NCBI RefSeq assembly: GCF_036321535.1
Contig: NC_087437.1
Location: forward strand, 99,388,001-99,452,000
Length of the DNA: 64,000 bases
Reading direction: 5' to 3'
DNA from: Camelus dromedarius
Taxonomy: Eukaryota
Shown: one piece after another, positions 1-13,722 of the stretch
How positions within the stretch are numbered: the stretch's first letter is position 1
Layout: each line of letters starts with the position of its first letter
Translations under genes and position numbers: made by a program
Notes under the pieces: model-generated
What the model was told of the DNA's origin: nothing
What the model saw: the letters and a program-made list of their open reading frames with translations, nothing else
Database searches by the model: none

Positions 1-359
1 ACCATTTTTATTGTTCCCTTTTAAAAATTAGTTATTTAGAAATAATTTATGAAAATTTCAACTGCTCAGCTCTAAATATTTCTGCTGGCAATGTCTGTAG
101 GGACTAGGGGAACGTATTAAAAGATAATCACTAACAGATTTTCTAGATCCCTCTTTACTACAAATTGCTTTATAATAATGCTAACATTTAGAGTTGTGTA
201 ACATTAATGCATTCACCTTTTTTCCTCTTAATCCAACTGCATTAAAACACATATGGAATGGCAATTCTACCTGTCAGTTGCAATCTACCTAATAGTTTGA
301 CCAATTTTTAAATAGTGACCTGATTGATTTACTAAATATTGGACATTAAATCAAGCTTT

Positions 360-398
<39 letters not shown>

Positions 399-400
399 AT
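360..400. repeat. (TG)n / (TGTA)n microsatellite
   Basis: Run gtgtgtgtgtgtgtgtgtgtgtatgtgtatgtgtatgtat seen directly. Confidence 0.95.
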
Positions 401-1441
401 GAATTATCACTGCACCAAGTTCTTTATACCACCATCCAAAGACTTAGTTCTTTATAGCTCTCATACCCTTGGAGTTTTTGTGCATACATTTGTTTCTCTG
501 TGGCTAAGCACATCCCTAAATTACATGATTGCACATGGTAGCATTCTCCATTATCAATATCTTGAAGACAGATTAAGTGAGGCTGGATTTGTGCATTTTG
601 TCTTCAATCCTGTCAGAGACCAATGCTCTCTCTCCTTGGGAAACCTATAGTGAGGAGAAGGCATGAACCGTTGTGTTTCCCCACCTCCATATGCTATTCT
701 TGAGTGATCATGATATGGGGCTTCAATTATTTATTCTTATCATTCCAAGAATAAGTAAAGTCCATGTTTCTCAATTATGTTGAAAACTTCCCAAACCACT
801 TACCCCTGTATGATAGTTACAGGATTATTGACTTTGAAAGGGCCTATTTTGTAATGCTATTGTATCTGATAGTAAGCTTTTGCTTTTAATTGTGACAGTC
901 TGAAAGCATATTCTGAAAGCTGCTTCCAGGGAAATGTAATTATTCTTGGTTGGGAATGTTCTTCTGGTGATGCCACCAGCCTCCTGGGTACTAAGCATGT
1001 CTGATGATAGGTAATTCATAAGCCCAAGATGACATTTCCCAATGAGCTGTTTTGTCACAGGTTATCCATTTTGTCAGACCTGTTATTTCATCCTGAGCTT
1101 TAATGTGACTATCATGTTGCTGGGCTGGTAGCTGAGAGTGTCATGAAGCCTGTCAAAATCATAATACCCTTTGAATCAGAATACATAATTTTCAAATCAG
1201 AGCATGTGAAATTTAAATAAGGATCCCACCAAGTCACAGCTAATTTCTTCCTTCCTTCCTTGGTAATGTATGAGCATAATCAGCCCTTGCAAATAAGTTA
1301 AGTCAATGGAGGGACAGAGGTGCTCACTGGCGCAGGCCCTGCTCCCTGTTCTTAGGTTCCTGCGGGATGAGTTTGAAGGAAGTAGTCTGTTTAGGTGACA
1401 AACTGCTTGAATGATCCAACTGTGACAAATGCAAGAGACTC

Positions 1442-1457
1442 TGTGTGTGTGTGTGTG
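1442..1457. repeat. (TG)8 microsatellite
   Basis: tgtgtgtgtgtgtgtg seen directly. Confidence 0.9.
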
Positions 1458-1979
1458 CAATTACAATTCTCATGCCTCCAGGCTTGCTTTTTTTTTAATC
1501 TTTCCACCTTGAAAGTTAGTATATATATTAAAATGTGAATCTGTGCTTTCAGTATAATTCATTTTAATACAGTAACTTAATTACATGAGTTTATAAATTC
1601 AGAGGAGTTGAAGATTAGAAACAAAGTTCCAACATCAATATAGTATAGGTATTAAGGCTATTCTTAAAAATAGCTCATTTCCTTAAATAATTTTTAAGTA
1701 AACATTGGAAATGAAAGTTAGAAATATCTTGTCAACAGAGAAGTCACCTTAATTAAATTATTTTGAAATTAGCTAGTTAAAGGACATTTACAGAATATGA
1801 ATTAGTTGAGAGCACAATTTTAATACATTCCTTTGTGTTAGTATTTGGAATTTTGAAAAAAAGTTGTTTTCTTTTTATTTGTCTTATTTGTTTTTGTTTG
1901 TTTTATTTGGGAGTGATTATACATTTATATTTATATAGCTAAATAGCGATGTCTGTATGTGTATACAAAATCATCATGA

Positions 1980-2790
1980 CAATAAAATCAAGCCAGTTAA
2001 TATTTTAATTAAATAAAGAAATACAGAAAAAGAAAGAGCATAATGGGGGGGATAATAGTAAGCTTTCATCTATTTAAGTATAAAACTAAAACTTAGCAGC
2101 TAAGGGTAATGTTTTAACATAAATAACTGAAAGTTAAAGCTTAGAGAATGTAAGTTTAAGCACATTCACGCTTAAAAATTCGGAAGTAAGAAGAGGCGAG
2201 ATTGGTACATATGAAACTGATAATATCTTTGTATTTCACAGCAAAAAAATTATACAGACTCAGATCCCTTACATGTAGTTTAAAAAAAAGATAATGACTT
2301 TACTTTTCAATATTTTGCATATTTTCTTAAACCAAAAGAAAATTGAAAGAAATCATATTTTTATAAGCAAATATTAGAATTTCATTACTATCTTCAGTTT
2401 CATTCTTTTGTTATAGTCTATTGAAATTAAATTTAATACTTTAAAAATGGCATTTGTAATGATTCAATATTCTTGAAGGTATCATTTACCGTTCATCCCA
2501 TCTATGTGTATGCTTTGAAAAATGTCTAAAATGAAATCCCCCTAATATCAATTCTAGTTATTTCTGCATTTTACTGTACTTTTTACTTCTTGACAAATAC
2601 TTTTTGAGTTATTTACAGTGACTATGACTCCTAGCAAAAAAATAATAAAATGATTTTTCTTCAGAGAATACTGATAACAAATAGGCTGAGGAATTACTGG
2701 TGGTTAGTTCTGGGTAGTAGGAGTCTGTATGTTATGGGTGGCTTGTTAACTTCTCTGTACATTTCAGTATCTTTTCAATTTTAGAAAATA
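1980..2790 (+). mobile_element. Highly diverged old L1 (L1M/L1ME-like) 3' fragments
   Basis: A-rich composition and the segment ggttagttctgggtagtaggag...ttctctgtacatttcagtatcttttcaatttt resemble ancient L1ME 3' ends; boundaries approximate. Confidence 0.35.
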
Positions 2791-3857
2791 TAAACTTTTA
2801 AAAAAATTAGGAAACAAAGACATTGTAGAACCTACTATTGACAAGCAATGGTATTTCCAAGAACAAAAAATTGAACAAATTGTTTCATCATGTGGGGCTG
2901 TGTTCTGCCTGTTAGTCAGCAACCCCAATAATATTTCCATTCTTTGAGGGAACAGATTTTGAACCTTGTAAAATGAGGTGGAATTTTCCATAAGGATGGA
3001 ATTCATTAACACATTATCTGCATTCTATGAAAACATCTGGTGATTTTGGTCATACTGTATTGTGTTCAAGCTTAATTTCCTGCCAAATAACAAGGCTGAA
3101 TTTTAAGAATAATTCACAGATTTTTTTTTTCCATAGATTTTTTTTTTTAACCAGGAAAAGTGTAATTTGCATTAAAGGACCAAATAGATTTAATTATAAT
3201 TGTGACAGTTTTTAAAATTTTTTGAAACATATATTTTTTCATTTTGAATTGTAAATGTCACATATCTTAGAATAAGTATGTCCATTTAAGTTTATAGGCA
3301 GAGCTTCCAAAAGTTTCCATATATAATGATGCTTGAGAAGGAAAGTAATTGCAGGTGTCATTTCTACCCCCTTTCTACATAATATACTATCTTATCAACA
3401 TGATCTAATGTCAGAGAGGAGGAATAGAGTTAGTGTTCACAAATGAAAAATTGATCAACCTTATTGACTTTGAGGTGAAATCTAGGAATAAAAAGAATAG
3501 AATGAGGTACATTTCAGGAATGGAAATGATGAAGTAATTAAAAAATATTTTTGGAAACAACCTGCTTCAATGTTTTCATAAAATACTCTTTTCTGTGGTT
3601 TGTTAACTTGTCATAAATATATTAATGAACTGTGTATAGCTAATTTATAATCAACAGACTGTTACTTAATGAAAGTAGCAGTTGTCATTTCCTCTTGTCC
3701 CAGTTCTTTGTATACTTCCTGTCATGTGGTAGATTGTCACCACATGTGAAATAAATGCTTGTTGAAGTTAGGATTGACTAAAATGCAGGGAAATGATTCA
3801 TTCTAATGCAGAATTGCTTATGATTTTCAAATTGTAAGCAAGTCAAGAAACTGGCCT

Positions 3858-3986
3858 TGGAGGGCAGGATACAGCTTAGCGGTAGGGTGCATACTTAGCA
3901 CGTACAAGGTTCTGGGTTCAATCGTCAGTACGGGAAGGAAGGAAGGAAGGATAGGAGGGAGGAAGAGAGGGAGGGAGGAAGAAAGA
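3858..3986 (+). mobile_element. tRNA-derived SINE (camelid Vic-1-like) with (GGAA)n purine tail
   Basis: A-box-like acagcttagcggtag, B-box ggttcaatc, tRNA-Ala-like ttagca loop, GGAA/GAAA tail; 13-nt target-site duplication aagaaactggcct (3845-3857) / aagaaactgacct (3987-3999). Confidence 0.85.
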
Positions 3987-4339
3987 AAGAAACTGACCTG
4001 ATCTTAGTCTACAATAGTTTAAATGGATAACTAAAAGATTATTAGAATAGTCTATTAAAACATAACCCATAGTTATGACCAATATTAAATATTATATTTA
4101 CCTATTATTCCATTTGTAGTATTAGCAGAGATGAGGAGTATTTCTTGTTAGTCTCTTGGACCCTCTGTTAATTACTTATTACATAATAAAGTAAAAAGGT
4201 TGATTTTTAAAAAAAATTTTCCAGTATCCATTCTCCTTTTTGACATTAGACTATGCTGATGAGCTAGTCTATTATTTGGAAGGGGTACTTGACTTGAAAT
4301 AGCAATTGTGGTCTTCTTTGTCCATTTGTACTTTGCTTC

Positions 4340-4470
4340 AAGAGTGAGGGGACCATCTGAGTTCTCAAGACTTGCTTCCATATTATAAAATGGGGGTGAT
4401 ATTTTCTGCCTTTTGCAACTCTGAGGGTTGTTATGAGAATTAGAAGAATTAATGAATGGATTGTGAAAGT
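4340..4470 (+). mobile_element. MIR SINE fragment
   Basis: Core-like tataaaatgggggtgatat...gagggttgttatgagaatta. Confidence 0.7.
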
Positions 4471-5606
4471 TTACAGTGGTAAGGTGTTTTAACTATCAGT
4501 GGGTCTGGGTAAAAGCTAAGTTTTCTAAATTCCATGATTCTCTTTCACTAGTCAAATCTATTTCCACTTTCCTTTTCCTCCTCCATTTGATCTGGTTCTC
4601 ACTTTAAAGAATAACATTCTGTTTATTTACAGAGGTGCTCCCAGTTTAACCCTCATACTTAACACCTATCCCTCCCCCCAGGAATATGTCTATAGTATTT
4701 TCTCTAATAATTTCTAAAATATAATTTTCATTGAGGAACTCCTCCCATGTATTTTGAGGTAAAATAATTTCTGTTGCTGTTATGCATTGATTACTTTTAG
4801 ATAAAAGTTCACAAGTTTATGGAAGTGATTGAATGGGAAATAGTGAGTCAGCCCTGAAAGGAATTTCATGAATGGATAATACAATTCCTTCCCTCTAATA
4901 AAAGCTTTGCACATATCACATTTAGTTTATATTGATAGCCTTTTGACACAGAAATAAACCAGTCTTTCTATTATGCAGGATTCCTGTTTAGTGGTAATAT
5001 CCAGAATATAAATCTTCCCTTGTGACTTCTATTTCTGTTCTTTTCCCCAACCTGAAGTGACCCTAAGCAGGTTTTTAATTAAAGTAATGTGAGCCACTGA
5101 GTGTATCACCTCTTTTATGCATGATCAGGTTACCACAGCATATATTCCAGCTCTCTTGTAAACTTGAATTTTATGGATGGGTAATAAAATCCTTCTTTTC
5201 AAGACTTGCAACTTTATTTCCACCTCAAAAAAAAAAAAAATGGTATAGTCTTTGACAGTGCTTATACGAAAATGTGTAAAGTGGGAGGAATGCACATAAA
5301 GGTGTTTTAGATTGGATTTGCAAATGTGACTTTTAAGACCCCTTTAATTTTTCAGCCTGTTTGAAAAATGAAGTGATACTATTTTTTCTACACAATTTGC
5401 ATTTGATAGAATTTTATTTTAATGTACTTAATTTGAGACAAGACTAAATGGTACAGTCCAGCAGAAATGTTTTAGATTTCAATCAGTGCTTCACTGTACA
5501 TAGAACTAAAGCCTCTAGTCTTTGGAAGGATGCCATTAAGAATATCAGTGTACACGAAGGTTAGCAAATGTTAGCCCCATGTAATACACGTTACCATGTG
5601 CAAGCA

Positions 5607-5850
5607 CAGGTGGTAATATAGGATAGGGCTTAAGAGTGTGATGTTTGGGGGTAGACCAACCTCCAACATTTACTGCCATTATGACCTTGAACAAGGTAAT
5701 TAATCTTTCTAAGACAGTTGATTTATCTGTAAAACTGAGAATAATTATTTTATTACTGTTTAGGTTTGAGAAATTAGAGATAGTGCAATTAATGAAATGC
5801 CTGTTACAAAGGGAGCACTCTAAAATTTTTTTTTAATGTTAACTATTTTT
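5607..5850 (+). mobile_element. MIR SINE (near full length)
   Basis: gcttaagagtgtg...tgaccttgaacaaggtaattaatctttct...atctgtaaaactgagaataat...aatgttaactatt follows the MIR consensus order. Confidence 0.75.
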
Positions 5851-6929
5851 CATTATTTATTCATACTTCAAATTACTAAAGACCTTCCCTTCTGAGCAAG
5901 CCTAAAATAGGAGCTCTATAAATTTGGTAGTCTCTCGGAACCCTCCATAGGTTACTTGAAACTAAGTGTTTTTTATTACACAGTGTAAAGTTAAAAAAAG
6001 TTGATTAATTTTTAATTTCCCAAAACCAATTTTCCTCCCTTTTGTATAGAGCACAGTATACTAACCCAAATTTTGCTTACGGTCTTAACGCTAAAGAAGG
6101 ACTCTTTGACAGTGCTTTGAACTGGGTAAGTTTCTATGCCAGGTCTGCCCATATCTCAAGTTGGTTCAAGAAATTCCTTACATTTTCTTTTTGTTCTGCT
6201 GTAAGCTATTTTTTTTCCTCTATAATGTTCTTTCACTTTTCCAGTTGAGGTTGTTTTGTGATGTGCTAGACTTTTAGATTGACACAGGTCTGCCTTTGTT
6301 CAGGGTTGGTTGAAATAGTTATTCTTTTTTCTTTTTATAATGTAACTGGAAAGTATGTTGAGTTAAAATTACCAATTAAAGGTGAAATAGGATTGATACC
6401 TTTAAATGTTTTTTTCACACTCCTTTGAAATACCATGTATGTACATATGATGTGTGTATACATATATATTTAAAATCAATAGGTGTCTACCACTGATTAT
6501 GTAACATGGCATATATGTGTGTGTGTATATATGGTAGACAATTGTTGCTTTTAAACAAGAACTGAATTTAAGAAGTAATTTTCTTAAGAACTGATTTTTT
6601 CAGCCTAAGTCATTCTTAAAACTCTCAGTGTTGGGCTCAATTTACACATTTTTAAGTAGAGATGCTGAATGATGTAGAGGAGATATGAGCACTTGGCTTG
6701 AAAACAGAATACTTGCACTCTGGGCACAGATAGCATTCCATCTTAACTTAGAACTATTATTTATGTCTTTTCATTCCAATTCTTTCTTTATGAGATAGCC
6801 TTATGAGCCTAAACACTGAGAGAACAGACATAAATATGTTTTTCATTTTGTTTGGTTTTATTTTTCTTCAGGTTATTTGGGTTGTACTTAATTTACACAG
6901 AATACTGGAGTTTATATTATGTGTCATAA

Positions 6930-7150
6930 TAACAAAGGTAAAGAGTTAAACAAAAGTCACTCTTCTCAAGCTTTCCTGTGGATTTCTAAGTATTCCATAG
7001 GGAGCTGAGCGGATTGTGTAAAGCTGTTTGAATGAGTTGGAGAAGGTTTCTCACAGGATGTAATAGCTGAGCTTGGAGAAGGAATTTTCCAGGTGAAGAA
7101 AGAGGAAATGGCATCAGAGCAAAAAGACTGTAATGCAGGAGCTGGGCGCT
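6930..7150 (-). mobile_element. L2 LINE fragment
   Basis: gctgagcttggagaaggaattttccaggtgaagaaagaggaaatggcatcagagcaaaa resembles antisense L2. Confidence 0.5.
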
Positions 7151-7224
7151 GGAGCTAGAGATGAAAATTCTATCAGCTGGAATGTTTTCAGCTTCCAGGA
7201 TTAGAAAGCATTCTTCGTAAAGCC

Positions 7225-7460
7225 TTTAGCGACAGTAATAAAGATACCCACATATAGTGGACCAAACAAAGTAGACATTTAATTCTATTTCACATAAATG
7301 TCTTGAGGAGAGTAGGTTGTCCAGAACAGGTAGGTTGCTCTGCTCCATGAAGACACCCAAGGTCTCAGATTCCGTTTATCTTACTGCCCACCATTTTGCT
7401 AGACTGTACATAGCTTCTTGAACTGTGTGTTATGGAGTTAACAGAATACAAGCAGGCAAT
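7225..7460 (-). mobile_element. MaLR LTR fragment (MLT1J/K-like)
   Basis: agtaataaagatacccacatatagtggaccaaacaaagtagacatttaattc...ctgctccatgaagacacccaagg...ccgtttatcttactgcccaccatt is typical of old MLT1 LTRs. Confidence 0.55.
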
Positions 7461-7569
7461 AACTGTTGGTTTTTTTTTTTTTTTTTTTTGCACAAATCCA
7501 ATTTTGGAGACACTTTTAATGTTTCCTAGAGAACTTATGCTTCTACAAAACACTGAGAAATGCTGCCCT

Positions 7570-7754
7570 AGATAAACAAGATTATACTGTATAGCACAGG
7601 GAAATATATACAAGATCTTATGGTAGCTCACAGAGAAAAAAATGTGACAATGAATATATATATATGTTCATGTATAACTGAAAAATTGTGCTCTACACTG
7701 GAATTTGACACAACATTGTAAAATGATTATAAATCAATAAAAAATGTTTAAAAA
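7570..7754 (+). mobile_element. Young 5'-truncated L1 3' end (camelid-type)
   Basis: gataaacaagattatactgtatagcacagggaaatatatacaagatctt...gacacaacattgtaaaatgattataaatcaataaaaaa; AATAAA at 7736-7741; perfect 14-nt TSD agaaatgctgccct at 7556-7569 and 7755-7768. Confidence 0.9.
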
Positions 7755-9163
7755 AGAAATGCTGCCCTCAATTATGATTAATCCATTAATTTCCAACCCT
7801 TTGGTGTCAGGAGAATGACTTAAGTTTATCACAGAACTTCTTCTGTAAAGTAGGTCCTCAAAAAAGATATACTGTCTAAGGAAAAAAAAAAATAAGGGAA
7901 GTCAGAGACATTGAAGACTTCTACGCAGATTCAGAGTTATAATTTCATTGGCCTACAAGAGTTTAAGGACTTAGATAGTCTTATGGTGACAATTATAATT
8001 CAAAAAGAAGTATCTCAAGAATGTGGCTGTTAGGTAATAGTGACTATCTGGACTAAAATAACTAAATGTTAGGGTTGTGTTAGTTATTTTTCAAAAACTT
8101 CCAAAACAGGAAGGCAGTTTATCCATTTGTAAATCAGATATGAATTAATATTGTGGTGGATCTGGGCATTATGTACGAAGTTCTCTTGGGAAAAGCAACT
8201 CATAGGACCCCAGTTGAGTTTTTGGACTGTAACAAAGGTAATGTCAAAGTGCCAAGAAAAACAAAATTAGAAAAAGTCAGGGCTCTTACTAATTTGATTT
8301 TTGCTAAGGGCAAACAAGTGATTAAAATTAAAAATTTAAGGAAAGATTGAACTATTTCAATCATCAGATTCACGATATGAAGGGAAAGCATAAACATTTC
8401 CACTGAGGAAAGGGTCTTTTTTTTTTTTAATTTGGACTTTTCCAACAGCAGGAAAAAATGATAAACATATTTTTTGTCTTCAAATTATTACTATTATTGA
8501 TGTTGTTATTTTGAGTAAGGTAACTGCTTACTTGTGCTCTATGTAATAAATAACCAGTTACACAGGAAGTCATTTTTAAACAAGAAAAAGGCAGAATGTG
8601 TCTATTTGCATATCCTCAGATAGAAAGGGATGTATTTTTATAGCTAGTACCACTGCCTATTTACATATATGAGGATGGACGAAATAATGTTCTAAAATCT
8701 ATCACAGATTTTTTTTATTGTACTTGAAAATAAATTTTGCCAGTTATTTTTGTTGACTATTTTAAATTCCAGACACTTCTTTAAAATATTAATGTGGATG
8801 TGTGAGATGGGGAGAAAGGTATCTACTAGTTGCATGGCTTTTATAAACCCTTTTATTATATACTTTAATCCTGTTAGCAGCATTCTGTGGGGAATTAGTT
8901 GAGTCTCCTTTATGCACATGAGGATTTTTAAAACCAGACAGTTTTAAAGAACTGATGCTTTTTCAATTCCAGTGCAGAAATTTGAATGCATATCTATAAG
9001 GCACCTAAGTCCCAAAGCTCCCACTTTCCAATGTGCTATAAATTTGCAGAAATCTGAGTGATGTGAGGAATATTTCTTTTAAATGATGTTTTGTGCACAT
9101 TTCCATATTTTTATTTTATCATATATGAAGAGTTGTTATAAAATAATTGAACATAACGCCTTC

Positions 9164-9300
9164 CATTCATTCAATGCTTTGCTTTTGACTATAACAATAA
9201 AATATTTATTAAATGCCACTTGAGAACCCTGCTACATGCTGGGGATATAATTGTGAGCAAAACAGGTATGATTTTTGCCTTTATTGACTGAATGGCTCAT
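9164..9300 (-). mobile_element. L2 3' end
   Basis: cattcattcaa...atatttattaaatgcc...tgctggggatataattgtgagcaaaacag is the reverse complement of the L2 terminus. Confidence 0.7.
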
Positions 9301-11374
9301 GGGGGATCTTTTGGATTATGCACTACAGGTGAGTTGAAGACCTAAAGCAACAAGTCAAAAGGGATCATGTGGTTTTTTCTTAATATTTCTCAACCGCAAA
9401 TTAAATGTATTTATAAAAGAGTAGGTCTGTAATGGATCTAAGAAATGTGTATTCTCATAGAAAAAACACATGGCCCATTTGCTTTAGGCCCCAAAACATC
9501 AACCTTCTGGTAAGAAGAGGTTTTACTTATATTCTTCTTCCTGCCGCCCACCAGTCCCTGAGGAGGCACACACGCAACAGCAGAACACAAGTATGTTCAG
9601 ATGAACAACGCTATAGAAACCCAAATGTGCAAGGGCAGAATTGTGCCTGTGGATTAGGCTTTTTGAAATTTCAGTGTTATTATTCAGTTGGTTAACATGA
9701 TTATATTATTGTTTTATTTTTCTTATACTGTGAAATTTTCAAACTGTAAAATCCTTTGTATAGTAAGTATATAGTGTATTGTAGTATTATTTTATCACAT
9801 GTCTTAGTTTTACTCGAAATTTTGGTGAATTTCCAAGAGCTACAGCCCTTTTATAAGATTTATATGACAGTTTTTCTTTCCATTTTAAAAAATGGTGAAA
9901 ATTTTGTATTTTCTTTGCAAACACCAGCTTCTTAAATAAGTATAACTCATGTGACAAGTGAAATAACTCAGCCAACAGTAATGTAGGGCTAATGTAGAAA
10001 ACATTTTAGTGTTTAGTGTTATTTTTACTACAAGACAATCAAAGCATTTCATATATTTATAACAATCTTGCCAGAAATATTTAATCAAACCATTATAATG
10101 TATCTTGTGTCTTTATAGATGTTGTGGCTCAAAATTATATTAACAAGTCATTTTTTCCAGTTAGGATATGATAATTTAGTTGGCAAAGAAATCATACATA
10201 TAAAACAAACCAACATGAACATTTAAAGAGAGAATAAGAAACTTAATAACTGATGTTGCAAATGGGTAACCTCTCTACAAACAGAGAACATTGCTAAAGA
10301 ACATAATAAATAGAACTTTAAAAACTGGGCAATATAGAAATACTAGCTTTTTCAGGCCAGACCATAAGCACAAAAGGAAATAGAAAAGCAAGATTTCAAT
10401 TTGTATTTAAAATTCCCTTTAAAAAGAATTGAAAAAAAAAGACAAGTTTGTTCTTTAATTTTTCCACAAAATACTATAATGTTTGTGATTTAAAATATTG
10501 CTGATGTGACTAGTTTAAATCTATTCATTGATCTCACCTGAGGTAATAGCCCTCTTGGGAGACAGGAAGATAACAGATTTTTTTTTCTTCAGAATGTGTT
10601 TTATCATTATTCTAATTGGAATTATGATTATTTGATGAGATATAATTAGTGCTTATTGATAATGAGCCCAACATAGAATGCATTATAGCTGGGTCCTCAA
10701 TTGTCTAGTCTTCTTATGCTTCATAATGCACATGCCGGGAAGTGGGGTTAGGGAAAATATAATGATGGCAGAGCATAGCATTACCCAAAAACTAGACTTT
10801 CTTCACTTTAGAGCTCATTGTATTTGTGGTTCCTTGGAAAAGAATAATTTTTATAGTTTGTTGCACATTGATGGTCTTGAGGATCACCTCAGAAAGCTCT
10901 TTTTTTTTTTTTCTTATGGTGAAGCCTGTGTTCTCATTACAAAATTTTAAGAAATTTCTTGTGAAAATGTGCACTGTGTAAGAGAGGCTGCTGTTTAACT
11001 GTTGCCAAGTATGAGCTGTGGGTCTAGGATAATGAGACTACCTGCGTATTCTCACGTTCTTACGTGTTTTCCATTCAAACAAGTTTAAAATTTTTTAAGC
11101 TTTACAGAATAAATTGTTTGTTCTTGACGAAGAATCACCCCAATAACACAGAACGTTTGACTTGTCATCAGTGTGGGATGATAATTTAGTGGTCTCTGCT
11201 CCTCTGTCATCTGAGAATTATGTGCCTCAGCATTCAGATCTCTAAAACTCATAAGGGTCTAATAGTGCATCAGTTAGCAGGTAAAAATATCTGAACAGTG
11301 AGAGTTTGTGCATAAATTAGCCACTTCAAAGATTTAGAATGAAATTAATCTACTGAACAAAATGTAATATACAT

Positions 11375-11615
11375 AGCAGATTAAATGAACATGTACTATG
11401 TATCAGGCACTACTCTAAATGCTTTACATATAATCTTCATTTAACCTTACTAGTTCCCTGTGGATTGGGTATTATTTTTAGTACTATTTTACAGATTGGC
11501 AAATAGAGTCTGGAAGGAAAGGTCTAGAGTCACAATAGCTAATTGCTTACTGAACTGAAATATGAACCCACACAAGCTGACTCCATAGTATATACACTTA
11601 ACATATAACTATGCT
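11375..11615 (-). mobile_element. MIR SINE
   Basis: tactatgtatcaggcactactctaaatgctttacat...attttacagattggcaaa...tgaacccacacaagctgactcca matches antisense MIR. Confidence 0.8.
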
Positions 11616-12454
11616 ACTAAGTAAACTGTGATTTTCATAGATTTTAATTATATTCTGAAGGTCTAAGTAGCAGGAGTGTGAAATTGGGATAACCACTTGG
11701 GTTCTTGGAAACACTGCAATCCCCAGGTTTAGCTGTTTTGGAAAGTATGACAGATTCTGAACTCCAAGTACAACTGTTTTTCTGAGGAATACATTTTCAG
11801 CTGCTTCTCCCCTTACTTTTGCTGTGTCAGTACAGTCGCCCTGAGTTCCCCCAGACTAAACCTCAACACAGCCATGGTGGCCCCTATCTAGGGGAGGCTA
11901 GAACCAGTCCCTTTAATCTCTCATCTCTGAATAGAAAACTTTTACAAAAATTCTTATTACTTGAATCTTCATGACAAAATTCTGGACTTTTCATTGTGGC
12001 TAAAACCTCCCACTGTCAATGTCCAACACTTATGTCTTGGATTTCAGTAGCTCTTATATCAACCCAATCTTATGGCATCCCATTCGGACACTCTGCATGA
12101 AACTATCAATCACCCAGCTTGGAACTTCTACCTGAAGTCTGGTTGTTGCCCTGCTGTCTTGCCTTTGTTTGCCCAGGCTTCATACAGAACGGTGTGCTCA
12201 AGTTCTATCATATAGCAGAATAACTTTTATCATGGAGGTTCTTAACTTGATCCACTGTTTGGCTGCAAAAGGTCTCTGGAATCTAAACATTATTTATAAT
12301 ATTCTGTGCCTATTCACAAACACTTTCTTTTTTCTCAAAGACTCTACAATCCCAGTTTTTTTAGAACCGCTGCTACTAACAGATGCAAAGCAAAAGGGAA
12401 CAGAGATTTATTTTTTAGACCCCTAAATTAATTTTTATGAAGAGCAATATATAC

Positions 12455-12515
12455 CTAGAATTAATATTTTACATGTTCACTAGCTATATGTGGCTAGTGG
12501 CTACTATATTGGACA
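12455..12515. mobile_element. MER3/MER33-like hAT-Charlie fragment
   Basis: tagctatatgtggctagtggctactatattggaca matches the MER3 terminal motif. Confidence 0.6.
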
Positions 12516-12769
12516 CTTAAGTTTGTAGCAGTAAGTGACCTTTGATACATATAAGTCTAAAATAAGGTGGCAAAGAGAAATATTCCAGTTGATTTTTGAT
12601 GGTTTGTGAGAACTCAGTGCTGAGGGTCAGATTAACAGTAGAGAAAGTCTACTGAGGAGGCGTATTTAAAAATTATTTTAAATGTCTTAGAATAAGAAAT
12701 GCTAGTATATTTGATCTATATCAGTGTTACACAGGATTTTTGTTTTCTTAAGATCATGTATTGAATGTG

Positions 12770-13722
12770 ATTTTCTAGTGATTTAATGGTTTATTGGTAG
12801 TGGTGAAATGACAGTTTGTAGAATATAGTAAATTGTATAATTTAATCCATTAGAAATTTATAAATTCTGGAGATGTAATATTCTACCTACCTTGAAATAA
12901 TGTATAACATACCACAGCTTTAAAAAATGCTTGAATCAGTAAATATTGCTATAAAGCCAGTAACAAAACATACTAAATAATTGATAAATATAGCTATAAA
13001 GACAAACACCAATATCATGTGCCATTATTAATGGTTACAGAAAAGTCGGTAGAAATATATAATGTGTATGAATGGACCTCCATTGAGTAAACATGATAAC
13101 ACAAGAGTTCAGTAAAAATTACATAAACAACAGAATCAAGTAAATTAGAATGTACCTCTGCCACAGTACACGTAGAACAACAAATATTTTACAAACAGCT
13201 GTTAGAAAGCACAGGATAAAATACTACATTTAAATGCAACATTTCTCCAAATATTAGTAAATAAGGAACATCAGTAGGGAAAAAAAAAAAAGGAATGAGT
13301 GCTAATCAAACTGATAGATCATTGGCTATCCCAATGAAGACTGTATTTGCTGAATCATGTGGCTCTCAGCTCATCTTGTGTGTATGGATCTTTATCTTAT
13401 GTTTCCAAAGGGTGACCTTCCCAGATGCTAGTCTACAAACCTCCTAGAAACCACATTGCCACATGTACAACACTGAGCTTGAATCTCACATTGGAGCAAT
13501 ACCTCAATTGTGTTTCGGTTGCAGATTATGGTAGTAAAATTTTTATATTTAAATGTTTTAGGAAAAACACCAATTCTAACTCCAAAGAACTTGTAGGCTT
13601 TTCAGATCTGTAAGAAGCCCACACCTGCACTGTGATGTTTTCTGTACTATTCTCTGCTATGAAGATGTATCACCACTACCAGTGGCCCTATCCTTAAGCA
13701 CAAGGTAATATTGGGTTGTGTT
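12770..13722 (-). ncRNA. Candidate distal/terminal exon of the minus-strand non-coding transcript
   Basis: Minus-strand acceptor tttattcgtgttatag| at 13723/13722 (alternative cttcttacag| at 13608/13607); internal donor GAG|GTATTG near 13502; minus-strand AATAAA at 12790-12795; no repeat recognised and no ATG ORF of note. Confidence 0.3.

Noticed and set aside
339..650. 103-aa ORF with a CVCVCV run
   Set aside because: TTG start; the run is the translated (TG)n microsatellite.
3860..3931. Possible tRNA-Ala gene
   Set aside because: Degenerate stems, purine tail and TSD show it is a SINE copy.
7304..7320. let-7-like string tgaggagagtaggttgt
   Set aside because: Seed is disrupted, no complementary arm is visible nearby, and it sits inside an MLT1-like LTR.
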